Source of the DNA: an uncultured Anaerolineaceae bacterium
GTDB lineage: Bacteria; Chloroflexota; Limnocylindria; Limnocylindrales; CSP1-4
Length of the DNA: 64,000 nucleotides
Assembly: GCA_964626755.1 (NCBI GenBank)
Contig: CAZVGO010000050.1
Span: 203,960 to 267,959 of the forward strand
Reading direction: 5' to 3'
A program made the position numbers and the translations under genes. Below, piece by piece: positions 9,002-16,223 of the stretch (the first letter of the stretch is position 1; the number at the start of each line of letters is the position of its first letter). The notes below the pieces were generated by a model. That model searched no databases, was not told the origin of the DNA, and saw only the letters and a list, made by a program, of their open reading frames with translations.

Positions 9002-9746
9002 AGTCCCATCGGAACGTGAACGCGGCGAGCGCCGTCGAGAGGGCGGCCCACGCGGCGAGCAACGCGAGCGGTGGACCGGGCTCGCCAACAGCCCCGAAGG
9101 CGATCCGCAACAGCTCGGTCAGCGGCGCTGCCGGGACGAACGACGCGAGCGCGGCGAGCTCGCGCGGCAGGTCGCCGATCGGGATCACGATCCCGCCGAG
9201 CAGGAGGAACACGAGGAAGAGGCCGTTTGCCAGCGCGAGCGTCGCCTCGGTGCGCAGCCGGCCGGCCATCGCGAGGCCGAGACCTGCGAACGCGATCGTG
9301 CCGAGCAGCAGCGCGACGATCGCGAGGCCGGGCGAGATGGCGGCAGCAGGCCGCCAGCCGAGGACGAACCAGGCGATCGCGAGGAGCAGTGCGATCTGGA
9401 TCAGCTCCACGAGGACGATGGCGATGACCTTCGCCCCGAGCAGCCCCCAGCGTGGGAGCGGCGAGCCACCGAGGCGCTTGAGGACGCCGTACCGGCGCTC
9501 GTAGGCGGTCGCGATCCCGAGGTTGACGAGGCTCGTCGCGATGACCGCGAGGGCGATCGATCCGGGCAGCAGGAAGTCGACGGCCCGGCCCGGAGTGCGC
9601 AGGACGTTGACCGAGGCGAAGAACTGCAGCACGGCGGCCGGAATCACGATCGTGACGAGCAGGTTCTCGCCACGCCGGGCAAGGAGGCGCAGCTCCATCG
9701 CCGTAACCGCGAGCGTCGCCCGCAATGCGGGTGCCGGAGCGCTCAT
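9000..9746 (-). CDS. ABC-2 type transporter permease
   Basis: Six hydrophobic segments typical of ABC-2 permeases. The start is placed at Met of MSAPAPALRATLAVTAMELRLL, overlapping the ATPase stop (ATGA). The longer ORF-track version overlaps the ATPase gene. Confidence 0.7.
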   Translation of the reverse strand: MSAPAPALRATLAVTAMELRLLARRGENLLVTIVIPAAVLQFFASVNVLRTPGRAVDFLLPGSIALAVIATSLVNLGIATAYERRYGVLKRLGGSPLPRWGLLGAKVIAIVLVELIQIALLLAIAWFVLGWRPAAAISPGLAIVALLLGTIAFAGLGLAMAGRLRTEATLALANGLFLVFLLLGGIVIPIGDLPRELAALASFVPAAPLTELLRIAFGAVGEPGPPLALLAAWAALSTALAAFTFRWD

Positions 9747-10726
9747 TCGTGGCTCCGGGCGACGTCGCGGTCGCCGGTAAGCTCGAGGTAACGGTCCTCC
9801 AGCCCGGCACCGGCTCGCAGCTCCGCGATCAGCGTATGGTGCTCGCCCGCCCACGCGGCCACCGCGGCGACGAGCGCGGGATCCGGGACCACGCCGGTGA
9901 TGACGACCGCCTCGCCGCTGCCGGTGTCCGCCGTGACCGAGAGCCTCGGCCAGCGGGCGGCAAGCGCGCCCTGGAGGACAGACGAGTCGATCGACCTGTC
10001 GAACCGGATCCGGAGCAGCGCCCGTCCGCTCGCCGCGACCTCGGCCGGCGTACCGAGCGCGACGATCCGGCCGCGGTGGAGGATCGCCACGCGGTCGGCG
10101 AGCCGCTCGACGTCGACGAGGTCGTGCGTGGTCAGCAGGACGGACACGCCGTCGTCCCTCAGCCCGCGGACCAGCTCCCGGGTGACCGCGCGCGCCGCCG
10201 GATCCATGCCCGCGGTCGGCTCGTCGAGGATGGCGAGCTCGGGCCGCCCCACGAGCGCCAGCGCGAGGCCGAGTCGCTGCCGCTCGCCGCCGGACAGGCG
10301 ACGGACCGGGGTCCGGGCGGCGACCCGCAGGCCGACGAGGTTGAGGAGCTCCTCCGGGTCGCGCGGATCCGCATGGAGCCGGGCGAACAACTGGAGCAGC
10401 TCGCGCGGTTTGGCGCGCGGGTCGAGACCGCCGCCCTGGAGCATGAGGCCCACCCGGGCGCGCAACACGCGGCCGCCGCGAGCCGGATCAGTGCCGAGGA
10501 CCGACACCGTCCCGCCGTCGGCCCGCCGGTAACCCTCGAGGATCTCGACGGTCGTCGTCTTGCCGGCGCCGTTCGGGCCGAGAAGCGCAAAGACCTCGCC
10601 GGCGGGGACCTGGAATGACACCCCATCCAGCACCGTTTGCTCGCCGTACCGCTTGACGAGCCCGTCGACCTTCACGGCCGGGCCGGACGTCGCCCTCGGC
10701 TCGGCCGGGCGGACCGCGGCCGTCAC
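9743..10726 (-). CDS. ABC transporter ATP-binding protein (partner of ABC-2 permease)
   Basis: Walker A GPNGAGKTT, signature LSGGERQRL, Walker B ILDEPTAGMD, H-loop. GTG start overlaps the tlpA stop (GTGA). Confidence 0.85.
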   Translation of the reverse strand: MTAAVRPAEPRATSGPAVKVDGLVKRYGEQTVLDGVSFQVPAGEVFALLGPNGAGKTTTVEILEGYRRADGGTVSVLGTDPARGGRVLRARVGLMLQGGGLDPRAKPRELLQLFARLHADPRDPEELLNLVGLRVAARTPVRRLSGGERQRLGLALALVGRPELAILDEPTAGMDPAARAVTRELVRGLRDDGVSVLLTTHDLVDVERLADRVAILHRGRIVALGTPAEVAASGRALLRIRFDRSIDSSVLQGALAARWPRLSVTADTGSGEAVVITGVVPDPALVAAVAAWAGEHHTLIAELRAGAGLEDRYLELTGDRDVARSHE

Positions 10727-11259
10727 GGCACGATCGTCGCGTACTGGCGCTCGAACACGGCCTCGGTCACCTCGCCGATCTGGATCGTCCGGAGGATCCC
10801 GTCCACGTCGATGAAGTACGTCTGTGGCCGGGCGGCGACCCGGTAGGCGGACCGGATCTTCTCACCTGGATCGATGACCGTTGGCCAGTCCGCCCCGAGG
10901 GCGGCGACGAAGTCGCGGGCCGGTTCCGGTGGGTCCCACATCAGCACGCCGACGATCGCCAGCCCGTCGGCGGCATGCTCCGCGAGCTTCGTCTTGAACA
11001 GCGGGAACTCGTCACGGCACGGGACGCAGCCCGGCCCCCAGAAGTTGACGATCACCGGGCGGCCGCGGAGGTCGGCCAGCCTGAACTCGGCTCCGTCGAG
11101 GGTGACCCCCGCGATGTCCGGGGCAGGTTGATCGCGGGCGATCACCCCTCCGGCGGCAGGGTCGGTCAGCCGGACGATCGCGACGACCAATGCCGTCGCG
11201 GCAACGGCGACGGCGAGAGCGAGGAGGATCGGGCGTCGAAGCGTGATGGCCTTCGTCAC
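10723..11259 (-). CDS. tlpA: TlpA/ResA-like membrane-anchored thiol:disulfide oxidoreductase (thioredoxin fold)
   Basis: N-terminal TM anchor (ILLALAVAVAATALVVAIV), then VIVNFWGPGCVPCRDEFP (CxxC). GTG start overlaps the stop of the upstream cupredoxin gene. Only the last 179 aa of the 499-aa ORF are real. Confidence 0.75.
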   Translation of the reverse strand: MTKAITLRRPILLALAVAVAATALVVAIVRLTDPAAGGVIARDQPAPDIAGVTLDGAEFRLADLRGRPVIVNFWGPGCVPCRDEFPLFKTKLAEHAADGLAIVGVLMWDPPEPARDFVAALGADWPTVIDPGEKIRSAYRVAARPQTYFIDVDGILRTIQIGEVTEAVFERQYATIVP

Positions 11260-12341
11260 CCGCCCGCGGTGAGCGTTCCCGTCATGTTGGCGTGGAACGT
11301 GCAGAAGAAGGTGTACGTTCCCGCCGCCAACGGCGGGACGTCCTCTACGACCTGGCCGGGACCCGTGACGTCCACACCGTTGAAGATGATCCCCGAGTCG
11401 CCCCGGATCGAGACGTCGTGGGGGACCCCGGTGTCCCGGTTGTCGAACGCGATCGTGAACGGCGCATCTGCCGGCGCGGTCACGTCGGCCTTGTCGAACT
11501 CGATGTTCTGCGCGACGAGCACGATGTCCCCCACGAGGGGCGGACCCGACTCGCCGGGCGGCGGACCCGACGCGCCGGGCGGCGGACCCGACGCGCCCGG
11601 TTCCTCGCCACCGACGACGGCCGGCCCGCGGGGTGGCAAGATGCCGAGATCGACGACGACGGCGAACAGCACGAGGACCGCGAAGACCGTCAGGACGCGT
11701 TTCGGCCAACCGGGCGCCGACAGGCTCTCGAGGTGGCCTGTCTGGTCCGCCTCGATCTGCTTGACGTACTCCTGGCGCGCATCGAACAGCCAGCCGACCA
11801 GGGTCGCGATGAGGAACAGGATCCCGACCAGCAGGAGCCAACCGCCGAACACGAGCCCGAAGAAGAAGACCATGAGGGCGAGTGACGCGAGCACGGGCCG
11901 GAACGATGGCCCCGGCAGGTGGACGCCGGGCGGCGGGGTCCCGTGGATGACCGCCGGCAGCCGCTCGGCGTGGACCACCCGATCGTAGTCGGCGAGCGCC
12001 TCGCGACCCCAGTACAGCAGCGAGATCGCGAGCGCCACGATGCCCACCCAGATCCACGAACCCCCGACCACGAGCCCGAAGAGCAGGAGGAACGTGCCGA
12101 TCGACACGAAGATCGGGGCGAATGACGGCCCGGGCAGATGGACGCCCTGCGGCGGAAGGGGAGTGACCCGCCGCTTCCCGCGCCGCGTCGGGCCGGCGGT
12201 CGCGAACTTCCGGATCGTCCACAGGAGCCAGAGCACGACGATCCCGAGGAGCCCGACCGGGAGGAGCGCGATCAACGCACCCCAGTCGGGAATGACGAAT
12301 TGGGAGATGAAGTCGAGGATCGAGTTCCAGATTTCGTTCAC
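11256..12341 (-). CDS. Membrane-anchored type-1 copper (plastocyanin/amicyanin-like) cupredoxin with duplicated N-terminal two-helix module
   Basis: C-terminal HDV...YTFFCTFHANMTG gives a His/Cys/His/Met type-1 Cu ligand set. The N-terminus carries two copies of P-x-GVHLPGPSF-x-P, each followed by two TM helices. A GASGPPPGASGPPPGESGPP linker joins the halves. GTG start. Confidence 0.7.
   Translation of the reverse strand: MNEIWNSILDFISQFVIPDWGALIALLPVGLLGIVVLWLLWTIRKFATAGPTRRGKRRVTPLPPQGVHLPGPSFAPIFVSIGTFLLLFGLVVGGSWIWVGIVALAISLLYWGREALADYDRVVHAERLPAVIHGTPPPGVHLPGPSFRPVLASLALMVFFFGLVFGGWLLLVGILFLIATLVGWLFDARQEYVKQIEADQTGHLESLSAPGWPKRVLTVFAVLVLFAVVVDLGILPPRGPAVVGGEEPGASGPPPGASGPPPGESGPPLVGDIVLVAQNIEFDKADVTAPADAPFTIAFDNRDTGVPHDVSIRGDSGIIFNGVDVTGPGQVVEDVPPLAAGTYTFFCTFHANMTGTLTAGG
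11538..11610 (-). repeat. In-frame tandem repeat (about 3 imperfect units of 24 bp) encoding GASGPPPG linker
   Basis: cggacccgac-tcgccgggcg-gcggacccga-cgcgccgggc-ggcggacccg-acgcgcccgg is directly visible. It lies inside the cupredoxin CDS. Confidence 0.6.
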
Positions 12342-12359
12342 GGGGTGGCTACTGTCGCC

Positions 12360-12554
12360 TCACTCGTTCGGCGAGCCGGCGATGAGGACGTAGGCCATGA
12401 GTGCCATCGCGATCCCGAGCGCCCCGAGCATCGTCACCCCGGCATAGTCGATGTGCCAGTCGCCCACGTACGGGACGACCCAGTACACGAAGCCGATGAC
12501 GACGAACAGGATCCCGACGAAGATCGCGTTCCGCGGGTGCCGCAGCGGGTGCAT
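12360..12554 (-). CDS. ctaF: Small two-helix membrane protein, putative cytochrome oxidase subunit IV-like
   Basis: 64 aa with two hydrophobic helices, placed between coxC and the cupredoxin gene with a strong GGGGAGA RBS. The assignment rests on position and size only. Confidence 0.45.
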   Translation of the reverse strand: MHPLRHPRNAIFVGILFVVIGFVYWVVPYVGDWHIDYAGVTMLGALGIAMALMAYVLIAGSPNE

Positions 12555-12569
12555 CCCAGGTCTCCCCGG

Positions 12570-13220
12570 CTACAGGATGTAGAGCGTCGAGAAGAGCGCG
12601 ATCCAGACCACGTCGACGAAGTGCCAGTAGATCGACGTCGCCTCGACGGCATCGTGATGGCGGGCGCTGAACTGTCCGGCCATCCCCCGGTAGAGCACCA
12701 CGCCCAGCATGATCACCCCGCCGAAGACGTGGGCGCCATGGAACCCGGTGAGCGTGTAGAAGGTCGTGCCGAACACCCCGTCGGCGAGCCCGAATCCGAG
12801 GGTCGTGTAGTCGTAGGCCTGGCCAAGCAGGAAGACGATCCCGAGGATCAGCGTCACCGCGATGTTCCGGATGAAGCCGGTCCGGTTGTTCTCCCGGATC
12901 GCCCAGATCGCGAACTGGCACGTGAAGGAGCTCAGGACGAGGATCACGGTCAGGCCGAGGGCCAGCCAGGGCTCGGCCTTGAGGTGGTGGAAATGCTCCG
13001 CGAGCTCCTCGGTGACCGCGGGCGGGCCGGGCGGCCAGCTCGCCGCGGTCGCGCGGACGTTGAAGTAGGCGGCAAACAGCCCGGCGAAGAACATGACCTC
13101 GGAGGTGATGAACAGGATCATCCCGAGGACCGGGTTGCTGATTCCGCCCCGCTCGTCGTGGGCGAGGGCCGCGACCGGGCTGTGTTCGTGGATGGCCACG
13201 GCGTGGGCGTCGCCGGTCAT
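12570..13220 (-). CDS. ctaE: Cytochrome c oxidase subunit III
   Basis: FFAGLFAAYF...TGFHGAHVFGG...SIYWHFVDVVW, conserved CoxC motifs. The start is placed at Met of MTGDAHAV, overlapping the ctaD stop (ATGA). Confidence 0.8.
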   Translation of the reverse strand: MTGDAHAVAIHEHSPVAALAHDERGGISNPVLGMILFITSEVMFFAGLFAAYFNVRATAASWPPGPPAVTEELAEHFHHLKAEPWLALGLTVILVLSSFTCQFAIWAIRENNRTGFIRNIAVTLILGIVFLLGQAYDYTTLGFGLADGVFGTTFYTLTGFHGAHVFGGVIMLGVVLYRGMAGQFSARHHDAVEATSIYWHFVDVVWIALFSTLYIL

Positions 13221-14923
13221 GGCTCCTTCCTCGTTCGCCGCGCAGGAGCCGGCTGCGCCGCGGCGGTCGGGTCGGTCGGGACGGGTAGCACAACCCGCGC
13301 GTGGGTTCGGCCGTGGCGCAGGTCGAAGAGCGGACGCTCCGAGCGGATCTCGGGCAGGCGATCGAAGTTGTACGGCGGGGGCGGCGAGGTCGTCGCCCAT
13401 TCGAGCGTGTTGCCCTCCCACGGGTCGTCGCCGGCGATCGCCCCGTTGCGGAGCGAGACGAACACGTTCCACAGGAACGGCACGGTGCTCACCGCGATGA
13501 CGAACCCGCCGATCGTCGCAGCGAGGTTCAGCTCGTTCCAGCCGGCCGTGCCCGCGTAGTCGGCGATGCGCCGGGGCATGCCCTGCAGGCCGAGGACGTG
13601 CATCGGGAAGAACGTCAGGTTGAACCCGATGAGCATCAGCACGAACTGGAGCTTGCCGAGGCCTTCGCTGAGCATCCGGCCGGTCATCTTCGGGAACCAG
13701 TAGTAGATGCCGGCAAAAACGCCGAACACGGAGCCGCCGAACAGCACGTAATGGAGATGGGCGACGACCCAGTACGTGTCATGGAGCGCAAAGTCCACCG
13801 GCACGGCCGCGCTGAATGCCCCGTTGATCCCGCCGATGAGGAACATGGTCAGGAAGCCGAGCGCGAACAGGAGCGGCGTCGACAGGGTCAGCTTGCCGCG
13901 GAACAGGGTGAAGATCCAGTTGAACATCTTCACCCCGGTCGGGACCGCGATGAGGAACGTCATCAGGCTGAAGAACGGCAGGTAGACAGCCCCGGTCGTG
14001 AACATGTGGTGGGCCCACACCGAGAACCCGAGGGCGCCGATCCCGGCGGTCGCGAAGATGAACGCCTTGTAGCCGAACAACGGCTTTCGGGAGAAGACCG
14101 GCAGGATCTCGCTGATCATCCCCATGGCGATCAGGATCATGATGTAGACCGCCGGGTGGGAGTAGAACCAGAAGACGTTCTGCCACAGGACGGCATTGCC
14201 GCCGGTCGCCGGGTCGAAGAAGTGACCGCCGTAGTTCCGGTCGATGAACAGCATGATCAGGGCGCTCGTGAGGACCGGCGTGGCCATCAGTACGAGCACG
14301 CTCGTGACGAGCGCCGTCCAGACGAGGATCGGCATCCGGAAGAGGGTCATGCCGGGCGCCCGCATCTTGAAGATCGTGACGATGAAGTTGACGGCGCCGA
14401 GGATCGAGGCGGTGCCGATGAGCATGAGCCCGACCAGCCAGAGGTCCTGGCCCGGCCCGGTCGAGGCGAGCGGGCGGTCCTGGGCCAGCGGGCTGTACGC
14501 CGTCCAGCCTGTGGACGCAGCCCCGCCGGCGAGGAAGCCCGAGCCCATGAGGATGCCGCCCAGCGGCAGCAGCCAGAACGACAGCGCGTTGATCCGGGGG
14601 AACGCCATGTCCGGCGCCCCGATCTGGAGCGGCACGATGTAGTTCGCGAAGCCGGCCAGGATCGGGATCACGAACAGGAACAGCATGAACGAGGCGTGCA
14701 TCGTGAAGGCCTGGTTGTAGAGGCCCTCATCGGACAGGAACTGCAGCCCCGGCACGGCGAGCTCCGTGCGAACGACCAGCGCGAGGATGCCGCCCAGGAA
14801 GAAGAAGACGAACGAGTTGACGATGTAGAGGATCCCGATCTTCTTGTGATCGGTCGTCGTCAACCACACGTACAGGCCGCTCCGATAGCCGGCGGCGGCG
14901 GGCGTCAGCGCAGTGGTCGCCAT
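13217..14923 (-). CDS. ctaD: Cytochrome c oxidase subunit I (heme-copper oxidase catalytic subunit)
   Basis: 568 aa with 12 TM helices. Contains WFYSHPAVY, HHMFT and the His ligands VAHLHYVLFGG. Confidence 0.9.
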   Translation of the reverse strand: MATTALTPAAAGYRSGLYVWLTTTDHKKIGILYIVNSFVFFFLGGILALVVRTELAVPGLQFLSDEGLYNQAFTMHASFMLFLFVIPILAGFANYIVPLQIGAPDMAFPRINALSFWLLPLGGILMGSGFLAGGAASTGWTAYSPLAQDRPLASTGPGQDLWLVGLMLIGTASILGAVNFIVTIFKMRAPGMTLFRMPILVWTALVTSVLVLMATPVLTSALIMLFIDRNYGGHFFDPATGGNAVLWQNVFWFYSHPAVYIMILIAMGMISEILPVFSRKPLFGYKAFIFATAGIGALGFSVWAHHMFTTGAVYLPFFSLMTFLIAVPTGVKMFNWIFTLFRGKLTLSTPLLFALGFLTMFLIGGINGAFSAAVPVDFALHDTYWVVAHLHYVLFGGSVFGVFAGIYYWFPKMTGRMLSEGLGKLQFVLMLIGFNLTFFPMHVLGLQGMPRRIADYAGTAGWNELNLAATIGGFVIAVSTVPFLWNVFVSLRNGAIAGDDPWEGNTLEWATTSPPPPYNFDRLPEIRSERPLFDLRHGRTHARVVLPVPTDPTAAAQPAPARRTRKEP

Positions 14924-14933
14924 CCGAGCTCCC

Positions 14934-16061
14934 TTACTGGACCGTCAAGATGCCGGTCATCGCCGGGTGGAAGGTGCAGAAGAACGTGTACGTGCCGGCC
15001 GCGAGCGGCGGAACGTTGTCGACGACTCTGGCGGGACCGGTCACATCCTGGCCATTGAACACCAACCCGGTGTCGTTGCGAATCGCGACGTCGTGCTGGA
15101 TCCCGGCGTCCCGGTTGTCGAAGTCGATCGCGAACGGCTCGTCCGCGGGAGCTTCCAGCGCGGCCTTGTCGAACGCGACGGCGGACGCGACAAGGACGAG
15201 GGTAACGGCGGGCGGCGCCGCGCTGCCGGACGGAGCGGGCGTGGCCCGCGCCTTGTCGACCTGCTCCTGGAGCCACGTGTCGAACTCCGCCCCGCCGAGC
15301 GCATGGACCTGGAACGTCATCGTGCGGTGGCCGACGCCGCACAGCTCGGCGCACTGACCGCCGAACGACTGACCGGCCTCGTCCTCGTTCAGGCGGAACT
15401 CGAACCGGTTGACCTGGCCGGGCACGACGTCGCGCTTGTACAGGAAGCGCGGCACGTAGAACGCGTGGATGACGTCCGGGCTCTCGAGCTGGACCTGGAC
15501 GTTTCGCCCGACCGGCACGCTCAGCCCTCCGCCGGGACCCTCCGGGATGACCTGGGTGAACGCCTCCGTGACGCCATCCTCCGCGAGGTAGACGAACTGC
15601 CAGTTGAACTGGCCGGCGATCGCCTTCACTCTCAGGTCCGGCGTCGCCGAGACGGCCTCGACGGTGTTGAGGCTTTGCCACGAGATGTAGAACAGGAATG
15701 CCACGATGATCGTCGGGATGAGCGTCCACGAGATCTCGGCGATGTTGTTGCCGTGGGTCTGGGGCGGCAGCTCGTTGTCGCCCGGCTTGCGCCGGTAGCG
15801 AATGACGCTCCAGACGATGAGCCCCTCGACGAGGAGGAAGATCGCGGCCGCGAACCAGAAGACGATGTCGTAGAGGTTCCGGATCTCCTGCCCCTGCGAG
15901 GTCGCGGCCTTGAGCGGGAACATGCTATCGAGCGCTCTCCGGAGGCCGCCCAGCACGTCAGTCCCGAGGACGACGATCAGCGCGATGAGCGCCAGGGCAG
16001 CGACCACGAGCCCGATCGCGATTGCGCCGGGCGCGGGTCTTGACCGTGGGCGACTCGACAT
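14934..16061 (-). CDS. ctaC: Cytochrome c oxidase subunit II (CuA) fused to a C-terminal type-1 copper cupredoxin domain
   Basis: Two N-terminal TM helices and the CuA site H...CAELCGVGHRTM. After an Ala/Pro linker comes a plastocyanin-like domain ending YTFFCTFHPAMTG. There is no CxxCH heme-c motif. ATG start with an AGGAC RBS. Confidence 0.8.
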   Translation of the reverse strand: MSSRPRSRPAPGAIAIGLVVAALALIALIVVLGTDVLGGLRRALDSMFPLKAATSQGQEIRNLYDIVFWFAAAIFLLVEGLIVWSVIRYRRKPGDNELPPQTHGNNIAEISWTLIPTIIVAFLFYISWQSLNTVEAVSATPDLRVKAIAGQFNWQFVYLAEDGVTEAFTQVIPEGPGGGLSVPVGRNVQVQLESPDVIHAFYVPRFLYKRDVVPGQVNRFEFRLNEDEAGQSFGGQCAELCGVGHRTMTFQVHALGGAEFDTWLQEQVDKARATPAPSGSAAPPAVTLVLVASAVAFDKAALEAPADEPFAIDFDNRDAGIQHDVAIRNDTGLVFNGQDVTGPARVVDNVPPLAAGTYTFFCTFHPAMTGILTVQ

Positions 16062-16223
16062 CGGGTGTCCTCGGTGATCTCGGCGCCGCCAGGACCAGGC
16101 GGGCCTCCGGGGAGTTCGTCAGGGCGTCCGGCGGGACGGCCGGACGCGGGCATTCTACCCGGACGGCGTGGCCGGCGCGCGCGTCGGCCGGTGATCGGAC
16201 TCACACAGCGGGTTCGGGAGACA

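Noticed and set aside
8786-9050. Possible integrated mobile element at the tRNA-fMet gene
   Set aside because: No integrase or recombinase ORF, no repeat of the tRNA 3' end, and no compositional shift within several kb. The flanking genes are ordinary housekeeping or respiratory genes.
10723-12222. 499-aa ORF-track version of the tlpA reading frame
   Set aside because: Only the C-terminal 179 aa (TM anchor plus CxxC thioredoxin) are plausible. The upstream 320 aa are the antisense frame of the cupredoxin gene and are low-complexity.
12138-16043. Plus-strand ORFs 12138..13559, 13301..15058, 14913..16043 antisense to the cox genes
   Set aside because: These are highly charged Asp/Glu/Arg-rich translations mirroring the hydrophobic cox proteins. 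They are the classic antisense shadow of membrane-protein genes.
16065-16223. N-terminal extension of ctaG (MSSVISAPPGPGGPPG...)
   Set aside because: It would overlap the ctaC start codon and its RBS on the other strand and is Gly/Pro/Arg-rich. Met at 16224 starts the hydrophobic CtaG-like body.
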